Positions 1 to 7,071 of a stretch of 15,641 nt of DNA are shown piece by piece. The stretch spans positions 1 to 15,641 of IMG/VR virus record IMGVR_UViG_2912521645_000003; one strand, given 5' to 3'. The DNA is from a virus. Each line of letters opens with the position of its first letter. The stretch's first letter is position 1. The notes under the pieces were generated by a model, which did no database searches, was not told the DNA's origin, and saw nothing but the letters and a program-made list of their open reading frames with translations. The position numbers were made by a program, and so were the translations under genes.

Positions 1-1236
1 GTGGCAAAGCGCCAGACAAACCTACTTTCAGACATCAAGCTCAAGCACCTCGTGCGAGCCGGCTCGCCCGTCGCAAAGTCGGACGGTGCCGGGCTCACGT
101 TCACGCTCTCGGCCGCCGGTACCGCAACCTGGGTGCTGCGCTTCAGCCACGGCGGACGCCGGCATGAGCTCACGCTCGGTAACTATCCCGATCTCGCGCT
201 TACCGCCGCACGCAAGCTTGCCGCGGCAAAACGCGTCGAAGTCCAGCAAGGCACCAATCCGGCGGTAGAGAAACGCAAGGAGAGGGCGAGGAAAGACTGG
301 AGCGTGCGGCAGCTCATCGCGGACTATCGCGAACGCGTCTTGGTGACGCTCGCAAACAGCACACAGCGAAGCTACGGCCGCAACCTCGATCGTGTTGAGC
401 GTGGCATGGGTTCGCTGTCGGTGCGTGTCGTCGGCGCGGCCGACGTGGTTGCAGAGATCGAGCGCACGAAGCTCGGGTGGGTCGAGACGTTCACGCTCTG
501 GTGCGTGCTCAAGGCCATATTCAAGCACGCAGTCGGAAAGCGGTTGATCGACGCGAACCCGTGCGCGGGTGTCGCGCTGGAAGCGATCATCGGTAAGCGG
601 CCACCAGTGCGCCAGCGCCTGATGCTGACTCACGAAGAACTCAGCGTGCTCATGAATGCGAACATGCGCGACGTGAATCTCTATGCCGTGCGAATCGCGC
701 TCGCTACTGGGGTGCGTATCAGCGAGCTCTACACTTCGCTTCGCGCGAACCTTCATCTCGATGAAGCTCGATGGCATATCCCCGCGAGCAAAACAGGCCC
801 GGCAATGGACATTCCGCTTGCGCCGAGCGTGATCGAGTGGTTTGAGCGCTTGCTCGACCTGGCTGGAACGTCGGAATACATCCTGCCGGCCCGATTGAGC
901 AATCGCCTGGATCGGCACGATGGGGACACGCACGTATCGAAAGATGCCATACGCGAGGCAATCGATTATTGGATCGACAATCACGAGCCGCAGATTCGCC
1001 GGTTCACGCCACACGATTTGCGTAGCACGATGAAGAGCCACATGCGCAAGCTGGGCGTGTCCCGCGACATTTCCGAAATGTGCCTCAATCACAAGCTCGC
1101 CGGCGTCGAGGGGATCTACGACCAGTACACGTATTGGGACGAGCGAAAGGTAGCGCTAGAGCTGTGGGCGACCTACCTAATGACGCGCATGCGCAACGAA
1201 GAATGGAATGTGACGCCGATGAAACGATCGGCGTAA
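1..1236 (+). CDS. int: Tyrosine recombinase / phage integrase, P4-like with N-terminal arm-binding (DUF4102-type) domain
   Basis: 411-aa ORF starting on GTG at window base 1. The N-terminus (LSDIKLKHL...GLTFTLSAAGTATWVLRF...LGNYPDLALTAARKLAAA) is the typical P4-integrase arm domain. C-terminal catalytic signature is visible: R in ATGVRISEL, HDLRST (H-x-x-R), LNH, and Tyr in GIYDQYTY. Confidence 0.95.
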   Translation: MAKRQTNLLSDIKLKHLVRAGSPVAKSDGAGLTFTLSAAGTATWVLRFSHGGRRHELTLGNYPDLALTAARKLAAAKRVEVQQGTNPAVEKRKERARKDWSVRQLIADYRERVLVTLANSTQRSYGRNLDRVERGMGSLSVRVVGAADVVAEIERTKLGWVETFTLWCVLKAIFKHAVGKRLIDANPCAGVALEAIIGKRPPVRQRLMLTHEELSVLMNANMRDVNLYAVRIALATGVRISELYTSLRANLHLDEARWHIPASKTGPAMDIPLAPSVIEWFERLLDLAGTSEYILPARLSNRLDRHDGDTHVSKDAIREAIDYWIDNHEPQIRRFTPHDLRSTMKSHMRKLGVSRDISEMCLNHKLAGVEGIYDQYTYWDERKVALELWATYLMTRMRNEEWNVTPMKRSA

Positions 1237-1327
1237 TGGTTTGCCGCGCCTAGTTCGACGGGACGAATACCGGGTGCCCTACCCGGCCGGCGCGGCTCCT
1301 AGATAGGGCTTTGCTACGGGACAAGCG

Positions 1328-2086
1328 ATGGGTGTATTTCAATGGATCGTGGATGAGGATGGCCCCGAGGCACCATACTCCGATTTGCCGGGGATCGATA
1401 ACCTGCTTACGGGGATCCATAGGATGATGGAATGGGAGGGCGAGATACCGGGATCAGTCGCAATCTCCCCTACATTCGCCCAGCTTGAGGCCGGGGCCGA
1501 GTATGCGCTTGGGGAACTCGCCAAAGCCGAATTGAAATATCGGGCCGCTATGGAATCGAGCGGCGAGCCAATTTCCGATGACTACGCCATCGATCCTGTG
1601 GATATGCTCATTGAGCATATGGAATCGGCAACAGAAGAGGATTTGTTGCGCGACTACCCCAAGGGGTTGCCGGAAAACCAAGTTTATGTGCTCGGCGCAC
1701 TCGCGCTTGTATATGTGGATAGAGCTATCGGGCATCTCCTCCACAACAGATCTGTAGATGCGGTCAACGCTATGGCAAGGGCGTGTTCTGCCACCCATGC
1801 GGCGGGATTTTTTGATGGTCAAGATCAAGGGATAGCGTGGATTCAGCGCACCAACTCATCCAAAGGCGGGGCGGTTCGCAACGAGCCGTATAAGAAGCTG
1901 CAGAAATGGGCGAAGGCACGCTATCAAGCGAGAACGTGGAAATCGCCGCATCAAGCATCCCACGAACTGAGAGACTCGGTATTGGAACAGGCCGCTGCAC
2001 TTGGTGTAACTCTGAGCCCATACCGCGCACAGCAAACAATCTACGGATGGCTCCTTAGCGCGGACAAGGAGCCATCTCCAAAATAG
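1328..2086 (+). CDS. Hypothetical protein, orphan cargo between int and alpA (no family recognised)
   Basis: 252-aa ORF. No competing ORF of similar quality. Rare-for-host codons (AGA, AGG, ATA, TTG, GTA, TTT) and AT-ending codons are visibly more frequent than in flanking genes. No motif I can assign. Confidence 0.7.
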   Translation: MGVFQWIVDEDGPEAPYSDLPGIDNLLTGIHRMMEWEGEIPGSVAISPTFAQLEAGAEYALGELAKAELKYRAAMESSGEPISDDYAIDPVDMLIEHMESATEEDLLRDYPKGLPENQVYVLGALALVYVDRAIGHLLHNRSVDAVNAMARACSATHAAGFFDGQDQGIAWIQRTNSSKGGAVRNEPYKKLQKWAKARYQARTWKSPHQASHELRDSVLEQAAALGVTLSPYRAQQTIYGWLLSADKEPSPK

Positions 2087-2257
2087 TCGAGCGCAAAACA
2101 TTCGAGCGCATGCTACTCGAATACGAGTGCAAGCACCTGAATGCGGCTGCCTCGCCCTCGCCTGCTCTTGCCGACCACTTGTACTGCGTCAGCCTGCCGC
2201 CCGCCTACGTCAACACGGCACTCGGCTAGTTTCACGTGTTTCCCTGCTATTAAATCC

Positions 2258-2296
2258 GTATCGCCCGTCGCATTCTGAATCACGACGGCGCGATAC
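2258..2296. promoter_or_regulatory. Imperfect palindrome upstream of alpA (candidate operator)
   Basis: GTATCGCCCGTCG (2258-2270), 12-nt spacer, CGACGGCGCGATAC (2283-2296). The arms are reverse complements apart from one inserted base. It lies about 40 nt upstream of the alpA start. CGATAC recurs at 2327-2332. Confidence 0.25.
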
Positions 2297-2334
2297 TCGC
2301 CGGGCAGTGTCGCGCCATACTAGGAGCGATACTG

Positions 2335-2565
2335 ATGTCTCAACTCGCCAGCGCGCCACTCTCGAAAGCGCTCGTTTCGTTCGATTCCCTTCCCAATTCC
2401 GCACACGTTGATGTGCGGACTGTCGCCGGTCTCTATGGCTGCTCAGTGCCGACCGTCTGGCGTCGCGTTGCCTCCGGCCTCATCCCCGCTGCAAAGAAAT
2501 TCGGCCATTCGTCCCGCTGGAACGTCGGCGAACTCCGCACGAATCTGATGCCGGAGGCCGCATAA
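2335..2565 (+). CDS. alpA: AlpA-family (Phage_AlpA / excisionase-like MerR-fold) transcriptional regulator
   Basis: 76 aa. VRTVAGLYGCSVPTVWRRVASGLIPAAKKFGHSSRWNVGEL fits the AlpA pattern (HTH ... G-hydrophobic-P-x-P-x-K-x-G-x-x-x-R-W). SD AGGAG at 2322-2326. Confidence 0.85.
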   Translation: MSQLASAPLSKALVSFDSLPNSAHVDVRTVAGLYGCSVPTVWRRVASGLIPAAKKFGHSSRWNVGELRTNLMPEAA

Positions 2566-2566
2566 C

Positions 2567-2932
2567 ATGACGACGAAAAAAAAGGCCGACCAACAGGCCA
2601 GCCCGGACAAAGAGAATCTCAATTCGAACGCCAATGTTAACACGATGTTTTCGAAAAAGCCGCTCGGCAAAATCGATCGCGTGTTGTTCGAATTGCGTCG
2701 CGGGATCTCGTTGAATCGCTTCGACGCTGAGCGCCTGGGCGACCACTGCCTGAACACGACTATCTCGATTCTGCGCGCGGAGGGCTGGCTCATAACTGGC
2801 GAATGGGAAACTGTTCCGACCCGGTTCGGCAAAACGGCCCGCGTGCTCCGCTACCGCCTGACGGGATACCGCAACCCGGCAGAGGTCGCCGACGAAATCG
2901 CCGCGATCCTGGGCGAAGGGAGGACTGCATGA
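2567..2932 (+). CDS. Winged-helix DNA-binding protein, HTH_39-like
   Basis: 121 aa. LNRFDAERLGDHCLNTTISILRAEGWLITGEWETVPTRFGKTARVLRYRL matches the HTH_39-type pattern (target-like helix, x-R-I-x-x-L-R-x-x-G-x-x-I, then G-x-x-x-R-V-x-R-Y-x-L). SD GGAGG at 2553-2557. Starts 1 nt after the alpA stop. Confidence 0.75.
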   Translation: MTTKKKADQQASPDKENLNSNANVNTMFSKKPLGKIDRVLFELRRGISLNRFDAERLGDHCLNTTISILRAEGWLITGEWETVPTRFGKTARVLRYRLTGYRNPAEVADEIAAILGEGRTA

Positions 2933-2952
2933 TGCGTCCCTTCAAAAAAACC

Positions 2953-2982
2953 TTGCAGCCCGTAAACCGGCGCGCGTATACT
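2953..2982 (+). promoter_or_regulatory. Candidate sigma70 promoter TTGCAG-18-TATACT
   Basis: TTGCAG at 2953-2958 and TATACT at 2977-2982, in the 293-bp stretch between the 121-aa gene and the ATG at 3226. Confidence 0.3.
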
Positions 2983-3033
2983 TTTCGTGTGGCTGAGACA
3001 ACAGCCGCCGGGTTTGGCGACCTGAGATCTACA

Positions 3034-3063
3034 GGCGGACGACCGCCAAAGCGCGGTTTTTTT
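3034..3063 (+). terminator. Terminator-like element with two mutually exclusive hairpins followed by T7
   Basis: Hairpin A is GGCGG(3034-3038)-ACGA-CCGCC(3043-3047). Hairpin B is ACCGC(3042-3046)-CAAAGC-GCGGT(3053-3057), running directly into TTTTTTT (3057-3063). The stems are short (5 bp). Confidence 0.35.
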
Positions 3064-3225
3064 ACGTCCGCACGCCTCTGCGCGCACCTACGATCAATGG
3101 GTGGGCCGTGGCGGGGAGACGCTTGCGTCTGCCGGTTTCCTGTAGGCCGGTTCGCCAACCCTGTCACGTGCCCGCCCACCCCATTTGGCGATGGAAGGCG
3201 GGTTTCCTCACTACAGGAGGCCGCT

Positions 3226-3411
3226 ATGCGTGCTAACGCCCCTGCTCGTCCTGAGCAATCGCAACTTCCCCCGTCGTATTCCGAAATCATCAATCGCGCA
3301 CTGCGCGAAGCCGCACTCGCGCCCACCGTCTACGATGCGCTCGACATTTGCGGCGCCGTGATGGCGCAGCTCGCCGAACTCTGCCGTCAGGAGGAAGCGA
3401 GCCATGCGTGA
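3226..3411 (+). CDS. Hypothetical small protein (61 aa); alternative upstream start at 2929
   Basis: ATG at 3226 is preceded by AGGAGG (3215-3220) at 5-nt spacing. The same frame is open back to ATG 2929, which has GGGAGG at 2918-2923 and an ATGA overlap with the upstream stop. The 2929-3225 translation is R/G/P/C-rich and contains the hairpin/T7 element. Confidence 0.45.
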   Translation: MRANAPARPEQSQLPPSYSEIINRALREAALAPTVYDALDICGAVMAQLAELCRQEEASHA

Positions 3412-3598
3412 CGCCAACATGATTGAAGCCCTTCGCTACGCGCTGGCGAAGCAAGTACCCGACATGGAGCGCGGGTTCGTCATCCAAACGAACTATGGCG
3501 ATCTGGTGATCAACGCCGAGGACGCCGACCACTTCGCAGCACTGGCCCGAGTCATCCTCGGCGACAAGCTGGCCGCTGCGGAGGTGCGTCATGGTTGA
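3404..3598 (+). CDS. Hypothetical small protein (64 aa)
   Basis: ATG overlaps the upstream stop (ATGCGTGA). AGGAGG at 3389-3394. Confidence 0.65.
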   Translation: MRDANMIEALRYALAKQVPDMERGFVIQTNYGDLVINAEDADHFAALARVILGDKLAAAEVRHG

Positions 3599-3842
3599 CA
3601 CAATCAAGAGCCTTGACGATGCGCTTCGCGAAAGCATCGATGAGTCCAATATCGCAATCGAAGGATTCCAGCGAATCAGGGACTTGCTCAAAGTGATCGA
3701 GCATCTGGCAATCGCGAATGGAGTCGCCCATATCACGACCGTTGCCAAAGAAGCCTCTCTTATCGCGCTTGAATACGGCGACATTGCGAGTACAGGACGG
3801 GGAGCATTCGAAGCATCCCGCAAGGAGGTGCTTCATGGCTAA
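3591..3842 (+). CDS. Hypothetical small protein (83 aa)
   Basis: ATG overlaps the upstream stop (ATGGTTGA). GGAGG at 3580-3584, 6 nt from the ATG. Confidence 0.65.
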   Translation: MVDTIKSLDDALRESIDESNIAIEGFQRIRDLLKVIEHLAIANGVAHITTVAKEASLIALEYGDIASTGRGAFEASRKEVLHG

Positions 3843-4113
3843 CCTCCGATGCCGTCCGGGCGACTTGGCCCGCGTTATCCGCGCATGGAATCCGGCTCTT
3901 GTCGGCCGCATCGTCTTGGTCGGCACACTTCATTCGATCGGCGAGTCCGAATGGAATGTAACGCTACTCGGCGCTCCCGGCATGACGCTAACGAAGAACC
4001 GCAAGCGGCTCCGCATCGGCAATCGCATGCTCGCCCACGACTCGTATCTTGAGCCGCTACGCGGAGACGAACTACTCGGCCACGTCAACGAACGGGAGGC
4101 CAGCCATGCCTGA
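3835..4113 (+). CDS. Hypothetical protein (92 aa), prophage-type CRPGDLARV...GRIV motif
   Basis: Internal ATG at 3835 of the 3718..4113 ORF, chosen because AAGGAGG (3822-3828) lies 6 nt upstream and the start overlaps the upstream stop (ATGGCTAA). The N-terminal C-x-P-G-D-L-A-x-V...G-x-I-V pattern is common in small prophage proteins. Confidence 0.7.
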   Translation: MANLRCRPGDLARVIRAWNPALVGRIVLVGTLHSIGESEWNVTLLGAPGMTLTKNRKRLRIGNRMLAHDSYLEPLRGDELLGHVNEREASHA

Positions 4114-4342
4114 CCAGAAAATGCCCCGCCTCGAACGGGCTGTGCTGGAGGCGCGAGACAAATTCGCTCGTCTCGAAGCCCTGTTCCATGTGATCAAAGA
4201 GCGCTTGGAGGATGACTGTACCTACGAATGGCTGCTTGCCGACCTCGGCGCGGCTACGGCGGCTCAGTACGCAGTCGAAATGAATCAGATTGGCCAGCAG
4301 CATAGCGCTAAGCAGTCCTCACTAGGTATGGGAGGCGCATGA
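4106..4342 (+). CDS. Hypothetical small protein (78 aa)
   Basis: Internal ATG at 4106 of the 4049..4342 ORF. GGGAGG at 4094-4099, 6 nt upstream. Overlaps the upstream stop (ATGCCTGA). Confidence 0.65.
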   Translation: MPDQKMPRLERAVLEARDKFARLEALFHVIKERLEDDCTYEWLLADLGAATAAQYAVEMNQIGQQHSAKQSSLGMGGA

Positions 4343-4566
4343 GCATTTACGACCACGATCAGACCGTGTTGGAGGTTCAGAAGAGCGCCACGCAGCGGAT
4401 TCGAATCTCGCATCGCTGGTACAAGGGCCGGCGGTACGTCGACGTGCGCCTGATGGTTGTCGACCGGTCGGGCGAATTCGTGCCGACGCGGCAGGGAATC
4501 AGCATCCGCCTCAAGCTGCTCGCGCAGATCATTCAAGGTCTGACGCTGGCCGCACGGGAGGGCTGA
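4339..4566 (+). CDS. Possible PC4/p15-like ssDNA-binding protein (75 aa)
   Basis: RISHRWYKGRRYVDVRLMVVDRSGEFVPTRQGISIRLKLLAQIIQGL resembles the bacterial/phage PC4-like pattern (x-G-x-x-Y-V-D-I-R ... G-E-x-x-P-T-x-x-G-I-S-L). ATGA overlap with the upstream stop. GGGAGG at 4330-4335. Confidence 0.6.
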   Translation: MSIYDHDQTVLEVQKSATQRIRISHRWYKGRRYVDVRLMVVDRSGEFVPTRQGISIRLKLLAQIIQGLTLAAREG

Positions 4567-5114
4567 TGGCAAAGAAAGCGTGGTCCGATCCGCTCGGGCC
4601 GCACGTTCGAATCTATCACTCGCTGCTCAATACCCCAGCGTGGCGCGTTCTCGGCCCGTCTGCAGTGAAGTTGTACGTAGATATGCGAATGACGCTCAAC
4701 GGCTCGAACAACGGCAGCATCGGGGCTTCCCTGTCGCTGATGAAGCATAAGGGATGGACCGCCCCGACGACGCTCGCCAAGGCGCTGTACGAGCTGCGTG
4801 CGCTCGGTTTCATTGCCGTGACGATCGAAGGCGGCTTGCGGCAAGGTAGCCGCGTGCCGTCGCTCTACCGCTTCACGGACGTGGAAGTGTACGAGCAGCC
4901 GAAAACCGGCGTACAGGCGATAAAGGCTACTCACGACTACCGGGCTTTTGAGTCGGTACGTGAAGCCGAGCGAGCGCTCACCGAAGGATTGGAAAGACTT
5001 CGAACGGAGGGAAGGCAGAAGCAACAGAGCAGGAAAAAATCCCCTGTACAGAAACCGTACCCGTCCAATACAGAAACCGTACCCGAACCGCAGAATTTCC
5101 AGTACAGAAACTGA
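4566..5114 (+). CDS. Winged-helix protein, candidate iteron-binding replication initiator
   Basis: 182 aa. IYHSLLNTPAWRVLGPSAVKLYVDMRMTLNGSNNGSIGASLSLM...TTLAKALYELRALGFI is the pattern seen in small phage/plasmid replication-organiser N-termini. TGATG overlap with the upstream gene. GGGAGG at 4556-4561. The 3' end overlaps the iteron array. Confidence 0.7.
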   Translation: MAKKAWSDPLGPHVRIYHSLLNTPAWRVLGPSAVKLYVDMRMTLNGSNNGSIGASLSLMKHKGWTAPTTLAKALYELRALGFIAVTIEGGLRQGSRVPSLYRFTDVEVYEQPKTGVQAIKATHDYRAFESVREAERALTEGLERLRTEGRQKQQSRKKSPVQKPYPSNTETVPEPQNFQYRN

Positions 5115-5244
5115 ACAGGGAGACCCCTTTCCAGTACAGAAAACGAACAGGGAGCGAAAACGCCCGGAACGCCCGTTTCATAAGGGGTTTCGGGCGTTTT
5201 TTTATCATTTTTCGGCCTCGCAATCCCCTGTACAGAAAATGTAC
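5047..5244 (+). repeat. Iteron array plus AT-rich tract (candidate origin of replication)
   Basis: Core TACAGAAA occurs five times in direct orientation, starting at 5047, 5069, 5103, 5135 and 5231. Copies 1 and 2 are a perfect 17-mer (TACAGAAACCGTACCCG), 22 bp apart. Copies 3 and 4 share TTCCAGTACAGAAA..GAACAGGGAG, 32 bp apart. Copy 5 shares ATCCCCTGTACAGAAA with copy 1. TTTTTTTATCATTTTT (5197-5212) lies between copies 4 and 5. Confidence 0.6.
5168..5203 (+). terminator. Rho-independent terminator after the Rep-like gene
   Basis: AACGCCCG (5168-5175) and CGGGCGTT (5191-5198) are perfect reverse complements with a 15-nt loop. A T-run follows at 5197-5203. Confidence 0.55.
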
Positions 5245-5289
5245 TGCTTTATAGTATTGCCATACCTACGAGTTTTTCCGGAGCGTGCG

Positions 5290-5535
5290 ATGGATGCTAC
5301 GCGAATCATGTATCCCTGCATTTCATGCGGACGACAGTTCCAGTTCGGCCCACATCGTTACGATGGCAGGGTCGCGAAACTCTACGGCAATGCGCCAGTT
5401 TGCAACACGTGTTGGAACGCGAATTTCGACGGATGGGGTCCATCAGTCCAACCGAAGCTGCTCGCCGTGCTCAAGGAAATGGGACTTCCGGTACCTCCTC
5501 GTAACAAGAACGGCTGGCTTCCGCGCGGTGATTGA
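5290..5535 (+). CDS. Hypothetical zinc-ribbon protein (81 aa)
   Basis: Internal ATG at 5290 of the 4948..5535 ORF. Two CxxC pairs (CISCG and CNTCW). GGAG at 5279-5282. Candidate -10 TATAGT at 5250-5255, with iteron 5 lying over the -35 position. Confidence 0.6.
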   Translation: MDATRIMYPCISCGRQFQFGPHRYDGRVAKLYGNAPVCNTCWNANFDGWGPSVQPKLLAVLKEMGLPVPPRNKNGWLPRGD

Positions 5536-5578
5536 TCCCGCCTCTGAGTTATCCACAGGGGGTACAAAATCGGGGCGC

Positions 5579-5734
5579 AAAGGGTGCAAAAACGGCACCC
5601 TTTCGGGCGAAATTGGGACTGTTCCGGCGGAAATTGGGTCTGTTTGACCGGCACAAATACGCGTCAATCTCCCACAAACCCTTTGCCCGCAAGGCCGTGC
5701 GCGAAAGGGTGCAATCCAGCGCAAGGGAAAGGGT
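5579..5734. repeat. Repeat-dense intergenic control region (left half, split by the IS)
   Basis: AAAGGGTGCAA at 5579-5589 and 5703-5713. A third copy is split: 5727-5734 plus CAA at 7077-7079. Copy 1 sits in the palindrome AAGGGTGC-AAAAACG-GCACCCTT. GAAATTGGG[A/T]CTGTT direct repeats at 5609-5623 and 5630-5644 (21-bp period). Confidence 0.4.
5730..5734. repeat. Target-site duplication (left copy) GGGTG
   Basis: The 5 bp immediately outside the IS left terminus are identical to 7072-7076. Confidence 0.85.
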
Positions 5735-5766
5735 GTGGAGTTGACCCTGTAATCCCGGACACGGCG

Positions 5767-6654
5767 TCACACTAAAGTTGCTGAATCCATCGAGCGCCGG
5801 AACTCGCGGGGCGAGCGGTATTTCAGCGCGCTATGGGGATGCTTCTCGTTGTAATGCTCGAATGCGATGGCCAAGTTGTGTGCAGCAGTCGCCGCGTCCG
5901 GCTTCGGCATAAAGGCGACGTAATCGCGTTTCATGGTCTTCACGAAGCTCTCGGCCATGCCGTTACTTTGCGGGCTGCACACCGGCGTGGTCAATGGCTT
6001 CAGGCCAATGTCCATCGCAAACCGGCGTGTGTCGTCGGCTGTATAGCCTGAACCATTGTCGCTCAGCCACTCGATTTCGGACGGTGTATGCAGTTCGTCG
6101 CCAAACCGATTTTCCACTGCCGCCAGCATCACGTCGCGCACAATGTCGCCGCTGTGGCCCGCCGTCGTAGCAGCCCAGCTCATGGCCTCCCGGTCGCAGC
6201 AGTCCAGCGCGAACGTCACCCGCAGCGGTTCACCGTTGTCGCAGCGGAACTCGAAGCCGTCCGAACACCAACGCTGGTTGCTGCGCGCCACGGCCACCTT
6301 GCCATCGTGCCGACGTTGCGGCCGAGGCGGAGTCGGACGACGTTGCATCAGCAGACCATGCGTGCGCATGACGCGATAGATGCGCTTCGCATTGAACGGC
6401 ACCTGTCCGGCAGCAACACGTTCATTGCGCAACGTGCCCCAGACTCGGCGATAGCCATAGCTGGGCAATTCGCCGACGACTCGGCGGATTTCTTCGACCA
6501 CGCTCGCATCGTCGGTCTGCCGCGATTGACGGCCATCGCGCCACGTCGTCGGACGCGACAGTCGTGCCGATACGTTCGAGCGCGACACGCCGAGAACTTC
6601 ACAAACCAGTTTCACTGGTCGTCCTCCGGCAGCGAGGGCGAGTGCGCTATCCAT
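5767..6654 (-). CDS. IS3-family transposase OrfB (DDE integrase domain), IS2 InsD-like
   Basis: 295 aa. [37 protein letters not shown] and [18 protein letters not shown] match the IS2 InsD DDE region. Confidence 0.92.
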   Translation of the reverse strand: MDSALALAAGGRPVKLVCEVLGVSRSNVSARLSRPTTWRDGRQSRQTDDASVVEEIRRVVGELPSYGYRRVWGTLRNERVAAGQVPFNAKRIYRVMRTHGLLMQRRPTPPRPQRRHDGKVAVARSNQRWCSDGFEFRCDNGEPLRVTFALDCCDREAMSWAATTAGHSGDIVRDVMLAAVENRFGDELHTPSEIEWLSDNGSGYTADDTRRFAMDIGLKPLTTPVCSPQSNGMAESFVKTMKRDYVAFMPKPDAATAAHNLAIAFEHYNEKHPHSALKYRSPREFRRSMDSATLV

Positions 6655-6977
6655 TTTTTTGCTCGGCCATACTCGACTGCTTCGCGGAGAATCTCGTTCT
6701 CCATGGTTTTCTTGCCGAGCATCCGCTGCAGCTCGCGAATCTGCTTGAGCGCATCGGCCAGCTCCGATGCCGGAACCACTTCCTCGCCAGCCTTGACCGC
6801 CGACAGGCTCCCGTCTTGGTACAGCTTGCGCCAGTGGAACAACTGATTCGGGTTCACGCCATGCTGGCGCGCGACCATCGAAACCGACTTCCCCGGCTCC
6901 AAGCTCTCCCGCACCATGGCCAGCTTCTGCTCCGCCGTCCAGCGCCGGCGACGCTCCGGGCCCGTCAACACTTCCAT
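6612..6977 (-). CDS. IS3-family transposase OrfA (HTH), IS2 InsC-like
   Basis: Start moved to ATG 6977, giving 121 aa beginning [22 protein letters not shown]. This parallels IS2 InsC (MIDVLGPEKRRRRTTQEK...). The track's longer form begins on GTG at 7007. Confidence 0.88.
   Translation of the reverse strand: MEVLTGPERRRRWTAEQKLAMVRESLEPGKSVSMVARQHGVNPNQLFHWRKLYQDGSLSAVKAGEEVVPASELADALKQIRELQRMLGKKTMENEILREAVEYGRAKKWIAHSPSLPEDDQ
6654..6660 (-). other. A7 programmed -1 ribosomal frameshift site of the IS (OrfA-OrfB fusion)
   Basis: The plus strand reads TTTTTTT at 6654-6660. On the coding strand this is GCA AAA AAA TGG in orfA, with orfB in the -1 frame starting at the overlapping ATG. This is the canonical IS3-family arrangement. 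Confidence 0.8.
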
Positions 6978-7071
6978 CACTTCCTGCCTGGTGTTAGTCA
7001 AAAACACAGTCTTATGCCTACCCGTTAGTTTAAGCGGGAGACCGTGTCCGGAGATTCAGGGGGCTGCTCCA

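Larger units (their letters stand above)
5735..7071 (-). mobile_element. IS3-family insertion sequence, IS2 group, 1337 bp, apparently intact
   Basis: Imperfect terminal inverted repeats. The left end is TGGAGTTGACCCTGTAATCCCGGACACGG (5735-5763). The reverse complement of the right end is TGGAGCAGCCCCCTGAATCTCCGGACACGG (7042-7071). Two overlapping ORFs closely resemble E. coli IS2 InsC/InsD as I remember them. A7 slippery site is present. Flanked by a perfect 5-bp duplication, GGGTG. Confidence 0.92.

Noticed and set aside
28-1092. 354-aa ORF antisense to the integrase gene
   Set aside because: This is a shadow ORF of the kind expected on the opposite strand of a GC-rich gene. The translation is low-complexity and R/A/H-rich, while the + strand ORF has unmistakable integrase motifs.
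4948-5289. N-terminal extension making a 195-aa ORF (4948..5535) that overlaps the Rep-like gene's 3' end, the iterons and the terminator
   Set aside because: The extension is translated straight through the iteron repeats, the hairpin and the T-run, and it overlaps the Rep-like gene in another frame. Only the distal part from ATG 5290, which has a GGAG SD and the zinc-ribbon motifs, looks genuine.
5532-5775. Small ORFs 5532..5744 and 5584..5775 in the repeat-rich spacer, possibly a gene disrupted by the IS
   Set aside because: The first starts on TTG. Its basic, low-complexity translation has internal repeats (AKLGLF/RKLGLF) that merely reflect the DNA direct repeats. After in-silico removal of the IS, the frame gains only 14 codons before a stop. 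A noncoding regulatory region explains the sequence better.
6088-6846. 252-aa plus-strand ORF inside the IS
   Set aside because: It is antisense to the IS2-like orfA/orfB, whose translations match a known transposase family. Nothing supports a second gene.
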